From Oscillospiraceae bacterium (GTDB lineage: Bacteria > Bacillota > Clostridia > Oscillospirales > Oscillospiraceae), in assembly GCA_017412765.1 (NCBI GenBank), contig JAFPWN010000015.1:286-64285 (forward strand): a DNA stretch of 64,000 bases. Reading direction: 5' to 3'. Below are positions 14,515 to 23,551 of the stretch, piece by piece; the first letter of the stretch is position 1, and every line of letters starts with the position of its first letter. A model generated the notes under the pieces. It saw nothing but the letters and a program-made list of their open reading frames with translations, had not been told where the DNA came from and did not search any database. A program made the position numbers and the translations under genes.

Positions 14515-17500
14515 TTATCCGGTGCCGTTAATCTCGCCGCGCCAGCCGGTATCGGTTTTCTTGACGTAACCGACGCGGTGCATCACGAGCGTGCCCTCAG
14601 GCGGCTCCTCCTCCAGCGCTTCTCCACCGTGAGCAATATGTTCCTCATACGTTATAGTGTTGCCTGCCCAGGTTTCGCTTGAGTTATACGCTCTATCGCC
14701 GTCCGGAGTAAAGAATACGGTTGCAAAGAAAGCCCAATTTCCTTCTCCGCTCTCAGAAACGCCGCTGATTTTGACTCTCACATTCTCCTTGAACTTGAAA
14801 ACGCTGTTTTCAGACAGATATGGGCGCGGCTCAAACACGTTTTCGACTATGACCTTCGCCGCATCTATGGGGTCTTTCAGAAAATCCGGAGCATAGTCCA
14901 CAATCGGAAGCACTGCTAGTTCGCAGTGGTCAAGCCATTGCCGGGCAATGTAATACGGTGTTCTCCACTCTTCGTCTGCCCTTAACAGCATATTGTCTAT
15001 CTTGACAAGCGTTTCATCGTTCTTAAAGAATAGCAGCACAGTGCCGTCCTTAGCCGTTATACGCACGTCCTGCGTATCTGTCTTCGGCGTACCCGAATAT
15101 GGCTCATAAGTGAAGGCAGAAAGGCCTCCCGCAAAGCCCATTGCATTCGTGACGCTGTCAGCAAAGTAGTTCGTTCTGTCGCCGTTAAACTGTATCATCG
15201 CGCCGGCGGGGTCTTGTACAAGTCCGAAAAGCGGTGCCATCACGCTGTTTTCCAAAAGGCCATGAGCATAGTCGCCCGCCGGCGTACTGCTGCCGTTCCA
15301 CGCCGCAAGCTCGACGGTCTGCACATTGTAGCCGTCCGTTAATCGTACAATGTTCGTACCCTGCCAGAAGTCAAGTCTCGCACCGCTCACTTTCACCGTG
15401 ACCGGTTCGGAATCCGGCGCCGCCGCGCTGCCGACGACGTAATAATAGCGCTTTATAATGTCGAGAGCGCTGTAAAAGTCCGGTATATCCCCCGCCTTGC
15501 CGATGCTCTTTCCTCCGTACTCAACCTCCGGCTCGCCAAAATGACCGTACGCCGCCCGCGCAAGGTAAATATCGACGAGGGTATTAGTCTGCTTCACCGG
15601 AGTTATACCGGGGTGTTCTTTAAGGAACTCTGAAATGCCCTCCCTCCAGAACCACTCCTGAATCTCTTCGAACTCGGCTAAGTCGCCCTTCTCGAAGGTC
15701 AAGTCCGTCGGCTGGCGGAGAGCGTACCAGGCGTTGCCGCTCCAGCCGAAAAGCGTAACGCCGGACATATCGCCCGCCACGCTCGCGCGGTACTCCTCCT
15801 CAGAATAGACGTCGAACGAGGCAAGCCACCCCGTAAGCCCAGAGTCAGCTCCGGAGGTAGTCACACCCCACTCCCAGGTGGGCTTGTAGTAGAAATCCGA
15901 GCCTATCGTCATTACCGAGTCGCGGTACTTTTCGGGAAGCTCCAACGTCGCGGGCGCGCGATAGGTCATAACGGCGTCGTAGTCCTTGACAAGCGCGAGG
16001 TCAGCATCCGGCACCTCGCAGATAACGAACCAGCTCTGCATCGCGGAATTGTAGCTCTCCAGCGAATTTGTCTGATAAACGCTCAGAGTAAAGCTGCCGC
16101 CCTCGATCGTTACAGACTCCACATCGTAGCGGAAGTCGGTGCTGCCCGCGTCGAAGCACACCGTTATAAGGCTGTTTTCGGCAAAAAACGCCTCGTTGTA
16201 CTTTGAGAGCGCCTCACTGACGCTGTCAGTAAAGCCGTACTTCTCCGCGTTGTTATCGAGCTGCGCCTTCGTGTCGAATCTCCTTATCGGCAGGTGCCTG
16301 ACGGAGCTGATTGCAAGCTTCTCGGAATTGAACGCTATCCACTTTCCCGCGCTGTCAACGTACCCTCCCCTGACGATACGGGTGGAATAGTTCTTCTCAA
16401 CAAGGCTGTACCACTTCGCGTCATCCTTCGCCCGCTGAATGCCCATGTAGTTTTCATAAACTCTTTGGCTCACCTCGCCGTTGTCCTCGAGGTAGTATTT
16501 GCCGCCCTCCTGCCACGCCTTGGATTTGAGCGCGCAGCCGGTTTCATTGAAGATCGCGCGGTTTGCCGAGCCGTCGGTGAGCGTTATCGTGCCGTCGGAC
16601 TTGATCGCGTTAACTCTGTCATATCCCCCAAACACCGCGCAGTAGTATTCGCCGCCGTATTCGTAAAGCACCGCATATGAGCGCGAAGTGGAGCCTCTGC
16701 GCTGGCTCGAAAGATACAGAACGCACTCATCGTCGCCGTCGCGGTCGAGGTCAACGAGGGCGTAGCTCGACGGAGCGTAATAATACAGCTCGTCGTCGGA
16801 AACGGCGCGGGTAATACCGTCTATCTTCATCTCCTCGCCGGTTCTGGCGGCAATAAAGCTCTTCGTGCCGTCGAGGATCGCCTTATACGCCCATTCGAGG
16901 AACCATTCCGGCTCTGCGTCAAGTCTGAAAACGCTCCCGTCGCGGAAGAAGCCGCCCCAGACGTATTCCGGGCTCTCGTCAGCGTTAAAGCGAAGCCCCT
17001 CGTCCGTTATGGTGAAGATATACCCGCCGACGTCGAGTCTGTCGCCGTCTACGGAGTAGTTACCGATAAAGATATAGCTTGAAATCGGTGAGAAAATTAA
17101 CTGCGCCGTGCCGTCAGAGTTTATCGTGAGCGCGGAGTCGTTATATTTATAGGTGCCATAGGCAAGCGCCGCCCCGCCCGAGGTCACGCTCCGCAGGTAA
17201 GCGGCAAAATCATTGTCCTCGACCTTATAGCGCTCGTTGTTGAATATGACCTCGACCATATCCCGCTCGGCGGAGTAGCCGTTGAAGTAAATATATTCGT
17301 AGCGCGAATATTTGTTGGTGCCGCTGAGCTTCACGCATATCTGATATGCCGGAGTGAAGCCCGCGTACTCATCGCTTTTAGTGAGGCGCTTAATGCCGTT
17401 GGCGCGCTCGATGAGCACGTTTATCTGCGTCTTGCTCAGCGCAAAATCGCCCTCGCGCTCGAACTGATTGAACGCCCTCGCGCTCTCGACAGTCCATTTT

Positions 17501-18894
17501 GTGAGCTTGAACACGCCGTTGCCGTCCTTAGGATTTCCGACGAAGTAATCATACGCCGCGTTGAAGTTTTCAAGCTTCATATCGCCTACGAAGCTGTCCT
17601 GATTCATCGCCTCGGCTTGTATCGACGCCGGGAACTTCGCCCTTATGTCCTCAGCGTAGTAGCTCCCGTCGCGCGGCTCCCAGTATTCAAGCACCGGATA
17701 AGTGCTGCTGTCGCTGTTGTCCGAGGTATCGAACGTGACCGCGACCGGCGCGCTCGAGCCGTAGAGCGTGATCACCTCGCCGTCCTCATAGCCGAAGCCC
17801 TCGCTCAGTACCCAGGCGTAGACCGTGGTTTTGCCTCTTTGTCTGTCGATTCTGAAAACCTTAGACGAATAGGTGAAGAACTCCCCGCGCTCTTTGTCAT
17901 CGTTATGCTCCGCCACCGCCATATCCATCGAAACGCCGAGCTTGCCCTCGAGCTTTTTAGAGGGGTTAGTCATGAAGCAAACGGCGATGACTATGCTTAC
18001 CACAATGGCGGCAATTATTATCCAGAATGCCGGCTTTTTGTAGCTCAGCGCCGCCTTAACGCGCTCCTTGACCCCCACCTCGCCGAAGGCGAGCGGACAC
18101 GCCGCGATCACTCTGCGGTTCAGCGAGCAATCTAAGAGCGCCTGAGAGTACGCCGCGACGGACTCTCTGTCCATATCGCGTATGACCTTTTCATCGCAGG
18201 CAAGCTCTATATCCCGGCAGAGGAGAATATACGCGACCCAGCAGAGAGGATTGAACCAGTAAAAAGAGAGTATCGCGTAGCCGAGGGGCTTCCACCAATG
18301 GTCATGACGAGCTAAATGCGCCCGCTCGTGCGCTAATACCTGCTCGACCGTGTTCATAGGCAGCTTCGACGGAAGATAGATGATCGGTTTGAATATGCCG
18401 AGAATGAACGGGCTTTTAATATCGTCGCAGACTCTTGCGCCCTCGCCCGCGGGTACGGACGCAGCAACGGTTTTTCGCACTCTCAAATAACTTACTATCG
18501 CATAGGCAAGCATCGCCGCAATTCCTGTAAGCCATACTGCCGACGCGACCGGAACCCAGAGCTGTAACGGGTTCATGCTCGCCTCCGGAGCCGGCGCAAG
18601 TGAAGATTCTGCGATCGCGGGATTTACCGCCTCGTTTACTATCGGTATGCCGGAGTCTATACGCGGAGCGGGCATCATCTCCACGTTCTGCGGCACCGTT
18701 TCCGCGCTCGGCACTAAGCTTGCCTTGCTCTCGATGGATATGGGCAGGCAGAGCCTTATCGCCACAAGCGCCCACAGCGCGCATACTATCCATTTCGGAG
18801 CGCGCTTCATAAGCGGTCTTGCGACGATCACCGCTAAAATGAGCCAGCTTGCGGTTATCGAGAGATTTACAACGCCTAAAAAGAATTCGCTCAT
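14515..18894 (-). CDS. BlaR1/MecR1-type M56 peptidase sensor with a 1150-aa non-PBP extracellular region
   Basis: 1459 aa. N-terminal TM bundle with VLAHERAHLARHDHWWK (HExxH, M56 signature) and ..ELACDEKV. The rest has no penicillin-binding motifs that I can see. ATGA overlap with the upstream blaI-like gene. Confidence 0.85.
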   Translation of the reverse strand: MSEFFLGVVNLSITASWLILAVIVARPLMKRAPKWIVCALWALVAIRLCLPISIESKASLVPSAETVPQNVEMMPAPRIDSGIPIVNEAVNPAIAESSLAPAPEASMNPLQLWVPVASAVWLTGIAAMLAYAIVSYLRVRKTVAASVPAGEGARVCDDIKSPFILGIFKPIIYLPSKLPMNTVEQVLAHERAHLARHDHWWKPLGYAILSFYWFNPLCWVAYILLCRDIELACDEKVIRDMDRESVAAYSQALLDCSLNRRVIAACPLAFGEVGVKERVKAALSYKKPAFWIIIAAIVVSIVIAVCFMTNPSKKLEGKLGVSMDMAVAEHNDDKERGEFFTYSSKVFRIDRQRGKTTVYAWVLSEGFGYEDGEVITLYGSSAPVAVTFDTSDNSDSSTYPVLEYWEPRDGSYYAEDIRAKFPASIQAEAMNQDSFVGDMKLENFNAAYDYFVGNPKDGNGVFKLTKWTVESARAFNQFEREGDFALSKTQINVLIERANGIKRLTKSDEYAGFTPAYQICVKLSGTNKYSRYEYIYFNGYSAERDMVEVIFNNERYKVEDNDFAAYLRSVTSGGAALAYGTYKYNDSALTINSDGTAQLIFSPISSYIFIGNYSVDGDRLDVGGYIFTITDEGLRFNADESPEYVWGGFFRDGSVFRLDAEPEWFLEWAYKAILDGTKSFIAARTGEEMKIDGITRAVSDDELYYYAPSSYALVDLDRDGDDECVLYLSSQRRGSTSRSYAVLYEYGGEYYCAVFGGYDRVNAIKSDGTITLTDGSANRAIFNETGCALKSKAWQEGGKYYLEDNGEVSQRVYENYMGIQRAKDDAKWYSLVEKNYSTRIVRGGYVDSAGKWIAFNSEKLAISSVRHLPIRRFDTKAQLDNNAEKYGFTDSVSEALSKYNEAFFAENSLITVCFDAGSTDFRYDVESVTIEGGSFTLSVYQTNSLESYNSAMQSWFVICEVPDADLALVKDYDAVMTYRAPATLELPEKYRDSVMTIGSDFYYKPTWEWGVTTSGADSGLTGWLASFDVYSEEEYRASVAGDMSGVTLFGWSGNAWYALRQPTDLTFEKGDLAEFEEIQEWFWREGISEFLKEHPGITPVKQTNTLVDIYLARAAYGHFGEPEVEYGGKSIGKAGDIPDFYSALDIIKRYYYVVGSAAAPDSEPVTVKVSGARLDFWQGTNIVRLTDGYNVQTVELAAWNGSSTPAGDYAHGLLENSVMAPLFGLVQDPAGAMIQFNGDRTNYFADSVTNAMGFAGGLSAFTYEPYSGTPKTDTQDVRITAKDGTVLLFFKNDETLVKIDNMLLRADEEWRTPYYIARQWLDHCELAVLPIVDYAPDFLKDPIDAAKVIVENVFEPRPYLSENSVFKFKENVRVKISGVSESGEGNWAFFATVFFTPDGDRAYNSSETWAGNTITYEEHIAHGGEALEEEPPEGTLVMHRVGYVKKTDTGWRGEINGTG

Positions 18895-19262
18895 TTTGTC
18901 TCACCGTCTCTGAATGCGTCTATCATGCTCTGAATCTCGTCGGCCTCAGCTCTTGTCAGCTCCCTGCGGCTGATAAACGCAGCGATAAAAGCCGGAAGCG
19001 AGCCGTCGTAGCTCTCGGAGACAATCTGCTCAGACTTGCGCGAATAGAACTCCTCCTTTGAAACGAGGCTCGTAACGACGCCGTTTTCGTTTTTGAAGAG
19101 CCCCTTTTCGCACATCTTGCGAAGCACCGTGTATGTAGTCGGCTTTTTCCAGTTAAGCTCTTTTTCACAGATCTTCACAAGCTCGCCGGACGGCACCGGC
19201 TCATTTGCCCACACGAGGTCTGCAAATCGCTCCTGCACCGCTCCGATCTCAAAATCCGCCAT
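18891..19262 (-). CDS. BlaI/MecI/CopY-family winged-helix repressor (module 1)
   Basis: 123 aa with family-typical size and layout: ..VWANEPVPSGELVKICEKELNWKKPTTYTVLRKMCEKGLF..VVTSLVSKEEFY. RBS AAGGAGGAG. Confidence 0.85.
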   Translation of the reverse strand: MADFEIGAVQERFADLVWANEPVPSGELVKICEKELNWKKPTTYTVLRKMCEKGLFKNENGVVTSLVSKEEFYSRKSEQIVSESYDGSLPAFIAAFISRRELTRAEADEIQSMIDAFRDGETK

Positions 19263-19501
19263 AGTAAGCTCCTCCTTAATAATAATTTTATACTAAAAGC
19301 TGTAATGTCCATCCGGCGGAGTCTGCACTTCCTCAAAGCTGTCCACAGTCGCCCTCCGACAGATAACGCTCATACTGCGCTCTGTTCAGCTGCCATATTG
19401 AAAACAGCTTTCATGCCGTTTAGCCCTCAGCCTTGGCTGCGTCGTAAAAGCTGCAATAAAAGCTCCCGCCGGTTTGATCTGCATCACGTTTTGCCTCCGT
19501 T

Positions 19502-19549
19502 GGTTTATCCTTGTAAACCGAGTTTATCACGATAAACCACGCTTGTCAA
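19502..19549 (-). promoter_or_regulatory. Promoter plus two 6-N6-6 operators for BlaI/BlaR1 module 1
   Basis: The minus strand reads TTGACA-N17-TAAACT (plus TGTCAA 19544-49, AGTTTA 19521-26). Dyads GGTTTA-tccttg-TAAACC (19502-19519) and AGTTTA-tcacga-TAAACC (19521-19538) cover the -10 and the start-site region. Confidence 0.6.
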
Positions 19550-19568
19550 CAGTTTTTTCAAAATTCTC

Positions 19569-19622
19569 TTGACAGATAAAGATTACTGTGATAATCTTCT
19601 AATTAGATTATTGCAATAATCT
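19569..19622 (+). promoter_or_regulatory. Promoter plus two 6-N6-6 operators for BlaI/BlaR1 module 2
   Basis: TTGACA (19569-74)-N17-TAATCT (19592-97). Dyads AAGATTA-ctgtga-TAATCTT (19579-19598) and AGATTA-ttgcaa-TAATCT (19605-19622, a perfect 18-nt palindrome), just upstream of RBS GGAGG and ATG 19643. Confidence 0.65.
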
Positions 19623-19642
19623 TTCTGAAAGGAGGTAAAATA

Positions 19643-20014
19643 ATGAGTAACGCCGAAAAGATCGTCGATTCCGAGCTTGAGGTGATGAAGCTGCTGTGGG
19701 CGGCGGGTGAGCCGATGGGGCTCAGCGAGATAATCGCAGTTCTGACCGAAAAGCTCGACTGGAAGGAGCCGACTGTCAAGACCGTAGTCCGAAATCTGCG
19801 CCTCAAGGGCGCTATCGAGCAGGTCGGGCGCGGTAAATACGCCGCCGTCGTGACCGAGCGCGAGTACAACGAGTTCTCCGCAAGGAGCTATGTGAACAGA
19901 ATATTCGACGGAAGCGCAAAAAAGCTCGTCGCAACCCTTGTTTCCGACGGTCAGCTGACCGAGGACGAGGTAGCCGAGCTTCTCGAAGCTCTGCGAGGTG
20001 GCAAAAATGGATAA
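19643..20014 (+). CDS. BlaI/MecI/CopY-family winged-helix repressor (module 2)
   Basis: 123 aa: SELEVMKLLWAAGEPMGLSEIIAVLTEKLDWKEPTVKTVVRNLRLKGAI... The recognition-helix region differs from module 1. Overlaps the downstream sensor gene by 17 nt. Confidence 0.85.
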   Translation: MSNAEKIVDSELEVMKLLWAAGEPMGLSEIIAVLTEKLDWKEPTVKTVVRNLRLKGAIEQVGRGKYAAVVTEREYNEFSARSYVNRIFDGSAKKLVATLVSDGQLTEDEVAELLEALRGGKNG

Positions 20015-22682
20015 GCTGCTTTACGTATCGCTCGAGGGCGCAGTTCTCGCCGGGATCGTCTTTCTCATAAAGGCACTCGGCGCCAAAAGGCTCTCAAAAT
20101 CTTTTCTTTACTACATCTGGCTTCCGGTTCTGCTGAGGCTTCTTCTGCCCGTAGGCTTCGAGGTGGGCGTGATACCGAAAAGCGCGCCTGAGCCGGCGCC
20201 GTATATGACAGTCGAGCGCGCGGAGCCTTACGAAGCGCCGATAATAATCTCAAGAGCGCCGGTCGAGGTCGAGGCAGCTCCGACAGTGCGAAGCTTTGAC
20301 TGGCACAGTCTGATTATTCCGGCATATGCCGCTCTCTCCGCGGGTATCTTCCTCTTCCACGCAATAGCGTATATCGTTTTTCTCCGGAGGCTGAAGAGCG
20401 GTCTTGAGTATGTACAGGCGAGCGGACGGCTCAAGGTGTATCTCTCAAAAACCGCTGAAACTCCGATGCAGGTGGGCGTTCTGCGCCCGATGATAGTTCT
20501 TCCGAAGCGGCACTACGAGCGCGAGGAGCTTGACCTCATACTGGCGCACGAAACGGTGCATTGGCAGCGCCGCGACCTCGTTATAAAGTGGCTCATGCTG
20601 GCTGTGAGAAGTCTGCACTGGTTCAATCCCGTAGTGTACTTCATCTCGCGCGACCTCGACAGAAGCTGCGAGATGAGCTGCGATGAGGCGGTCTGCCGCT
20701 CTCTCGACGAGGACGGCAGAATGCGCTACGGCGAAACGCTGATCTATATGGCGTCCGCCGCTCGTCTGCCGGTGCGCGTTCCGGCGGCTACGCTCGTTGA
20801 GAACAAAAAGGCGCTGAAAGCCCGTATAATCGCCATCCGCGACTATAAAAGAGTGACGATCGTGGCGGTTTGCGCTATGGTTGTACTTGCGGCTGTTCTA
20901 TGCGCCTGCTCCGCGATTATTCCGGGCGAAAAGCAGGAGGATGAGATCGAAGTTGTGGAAAAGCCGGTCGTTGTAGAGCTTGCCGAGACCACGGACGAGT
21001 CCGAGGCAGCCGCCGTCGCCGCGCTCAAAGATCACGTTATGCTGTTCGCTCACAAGGGCACGAACGCCGTAGTCGAATACGAGGTCCTCGGCTCCGAGAA
21101 GAGCGATGACGGCATGGAATACCTCATCGTCTATATGCTCTCGGAGTACTCTCCCTATTCCAAAGTATATATCTACGGCGACGCAAAGGCGGCGAAGGTC
21201 ACGGGCAGCGGCAGAACGGCGTATATCGAGTTTTTTGACACCCGCGACGAGCTTGCGGATATTCTCTCCGCTCCGATCGACCTTGACAGTAACCGCACAA
21301 TAGCAAAGGATTACCGCGACGAGCTTAAAGAGCGCGCGAATGCAGACCTCAGCACCGAGAACAACGAGTGGTACGCGCCGGAAAACTACGGTCTGACCAC
21401 GCCCTCCGAGGATTACAAGCGCATCAGCGAGCTAACCGACGAGCAGGTCATCGTGATGTTCCTCAACTGCTACGATTCTTACGACGTCAAGGCGCGCAAC
21501 GAGCTGTGGAAGCGTATGACCGTCGATTACGACGCGGTCAAGGCTGCCGCGGACGCTCTCAGCGGCAAGCCCTATCGCGGCGGCGATATCAACTCTTACC
21601 TCGAGCCGATATTCACCGAATTTGATCCCGACCTGTTCACGGTCACCGATAAAGGCGGAACACTCGCTCCGGAAACCACGTACTACGCACCCGGTGAAGC
21701 GCCCGAGGGAAGCAAGATATATATCTTCTTCACCCTCAACAAATACTGCTACGTCAGACAGAACGGCGACATCATCACCTACTGCTGCTTTGGCGGCGAC
21801 GATTGGTATGAGGTGAGGAATAACAGCGACGTGCTGATCGATGGGCAGTGGCAGGATCTTTACGAGGCGGCAAGAACGCGCGGAATCGACCTCGTTTCGT
21901 CTTCGCCGGCGGCGGACGTTGATGGCTTGCCTGATTTTACCGAAATGCAGACTGACGAGCTGTGCGAGTATTATCTCAAAGCCGACGGCGCGTATGCCGA
22001 AGGTTCGGCTTTTGAGCTGTACCGGAGAGCGCTTTCCGACCCTTCCGGTGTGCTTAAATCCATTCATTCTGTGAAGACCGGAAACAACCGCGCAGTGAAC
22101 ACTCTGCTTGCCCCGCTTATTTTCGAGGACCTGGAAAACCGTCCCGCCGGCGCGTTCGGCGGCGCTCTCTATAACGAGTTTATGCAGTTGGGCGACGAGG
22201 CGGCTGAAATGTACGTAACTGCCGCAATCAGCAAAAACACTATCCGGCTGACGGCTTCCGAGAAATATGAGGAGGATTTCCCGACCGACGGCGTGCGCGT
22301 GACATACGATCCCGGCGATAATCTGTTCACCGTGATCAGCAAGGACGGGAGCAGGTATGAAAGCAAAATAATACTCGGCAGTTCGGAGAAATCCACGTCC
22401 GGAAACGATACCTTCTTCATCGCTTATAACGGCATGCAGGCAGGCGTTTATAACCAGGCCGAGAACATTCGTGAGATAACAGTCCGCAAGAACGAAACGC
22501 TCATTCTCACCGCAGAATCAGAGCTTATTTCAGCTGACGGCAAATTTAATTGGTCAAGCTCCGACGACAGTATTCTCAAAGTCAATGAGGGCAAGATAAC
22601 GGGCATCGCAAAAGGCATAGCGTTTCTGGTATTAAGGTCGGGCGACCTTTCCGACTCTATTCTCGTGCGCGTCACGGAATAA
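19998..22682 (+). CDS. BlaR1-type M56 peptidase sensor with a 600-aa extracellular region ending in a Big_2-like Ig domain
   Basis: 894 aa with LILAHETVHWQRRDL (HExxH), ..SCEMSCDEAV. The C-terminal ..SSSDDSILKVNEGKITGIAKGIAFLVLRSGDLSDSILVRV resembles bacterial Ig-like group 2. Confidence 0.85.
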   Translation: MAKMDKLLYVSLEGAVLAGIVFLIKALGAKRLSKSFLYYIWLPVLLRLLLPVGFEVGVIPKSAPEPAPYMTVERAEPYEAPIIISRAPVEVEAAPTVRSFDWHSLIIPAYAALSAGIFLFHAIAYIVFLRRLKSGLEYVQASGRLKVYLSKTAETPMQVGVLRPMIVLPKRHYEREELDLILAHETVHWQRRDLVIKWLMLAVRSLHWFNPVVYFISRDLDRSCEMSCDEAVCRSLDEDGRMRYGETLIYMASAARLPVRVPAATLVENKKALKARIIAIRDYKRVTIVAVCAMVVLAAVLCACSAIIPGEKQEDEIEVVEKPVVVELAETTDESEAAAVAALKDHVMLFAHKGTNAVVEYEVLGSEKSDDGMEYLIVYMLSEYSPYSKVYIYGDAKAAKVTGSGRTAYIEFFDTRDELADILSAPIDLDSNRTIAKDYRDELKERANADLSTENNEWYAPENYGLTTPSEDYKRISELTDEQVIVMFLNCYDSYDVKARNELWKRMTVDYDAVKAAADALSGKPYRGGDINSYLEPIFTEFDPDLFTVTDKGGTLAPETTYYAPGEAPEGSKIYIFFTLNKYCYVRQNGDIITYCCFGGDDWYEVRNNSDVLIDGQWQDLYEAARTRGIDLVSSSPAADVDGLPDFTEMQTDELCEYYLKADGAYAEGSAFELYRRALSDPSGVLKSIHSVKTGNNRAVNTLLAPLIFEDLENRPAGAFGGALYNEFMQLGDEAAEMYVTAAISKNTIRLTASEKYEEDFPTDGVRVTYDPGDNLFTVISKDGSRYESKIILGSSEKSTSGNDTFFIAYNGMQAGVYNQAENIREITVRKNETLILTAESELISADGKFNWSSSDDSILKVNEGKITGIAKGIAFLVLRSGDLSDSILVRVTE

Positions 22683-22729
22683 TCCAACCGGCAGTTTATA
22701 AATCTACTACTGTTTTAGTATGGATTTTT

Positions 22730-22769
22730 CATCGCCTCCCATCTATAATGCAGTCAAAGGGAGGCGATG
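22730..22769 (+). promoter_or_regulatory. 11-bp hairpin that pairs the RBS of the XRE gene; TATAAT lies in its loop
   Basis: CATCGCCTCCC-atctataatgcagtcaaa-GGGAGGCGATG followed by taaATG (22773). TATAAT is at 22744-22749, with a weak -35 TGGATT 17 nt upstream. Confidence 0.5.
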
Positions 22770-22772
22770 TAA

Positions 22773-23546
22773 ATGAACATCGGAGAAAAGCTCAGAGCAC
22801 TCAGAAAATCGAAAAAGCTCACGCAGGAGGCGCTGGCGGAGTTTATGAACGTCTCGCCGCAGGCAGTGTCGAAGTGGGAGACCGGCGCGTCAAGTCCTGA
22901 TATTGATATGCTTCCGGCACTCGCGGCGTTCTATGAAACGACGGTGGACGATCTTCTCGACTTCGACCGCAGGCGCATCAACGCCGAGGTGGACGCGATA
23001 GTCACTCAGTCCGTGCCGCTGAGGAGCGAGCCCGAAAAAGCGGAGGCATTTTACCGCGAGGCGCTAAAAAAGTACCCGAATAACGAGGTGCTGTTAAACT
23101 GCCTGCTGATGGTGATACCGAACGAGCGGCTCAGCGAAAAATTAGAGCTTGGCGAGCGGCTTTTGGAGAGCAGCGCCGACGATGAGATACGGCTCGACGT
23201 GCTGCGGCTTCTGGCTCTCTCGTGCCGCGCTTCGGGCGAGCGGAGGATGGCGGAGCATTATCTCTCGCGCCTGCCGGAGCTGTACTTTCTTAAAACCGAA
23301 GTCGCGGCGGCGATTCTCGATGGCGAAGCGCAGAAGGACGAGATCAGAAAAACCGAGGACGTCTGCCTATGGACGCTGTGCGCGATGATCAAGCGCCGCG
23401 AGGCGATAAGCGAGGACGGCGCGAGGTTTTCCGACCTCTTCGACCGCGTAATAGACCTCTTTCGAGCATGTCCGGAGTACGCTCCGCTTGCCGACAGAGT
23501 CGATAAAAGTCTGCGCGGCGCCGACGTGAACAAGCTGTATATGTGA
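22773..23546 (+). CDS. XRE-family HTH regulator with a TPR-like C-terminal domain
   Basis: MNIGEKLRALRKSKKLTQEALAEFMNVSPQAVSKWETGASSPDIDMLPALAAFYETTVDDLL is a classic HTH_3. Helical repeats follow. Confidence 0.85.
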   Translation: MNIGEKLRALRKSKKLTQEALAEFMNVSPQAVSKWETGASSPDIDMLPALAAFYETTVDDLLDFDRRRINAEVDAIVTQSVPLRSEPEKAEAFYREALKKYPNNEVLLNCLLMVIPNERLSEKLELGERLLESSADDEIRLDVLRLLALSCRASGERRMAEHYLSRLPELYFLKTEVAAAILDGEAQKDEIRKTEDVCLWTLCAMIKRREAISEDGARFSDLFDRVIDLFRACPEYAPLADRVDKSLRGADVNKLYM

Positions 23547-23551
23547 AAAAA

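Noticed and set aside
19305-19535. 76-aa plus-strand ORF in the blaI/blaI intergenic region
   Set aside because: It runs through both promoter/operator sets, lacks an RBS, and has an Arg/Ser/Pro-rich shadow-like composition.
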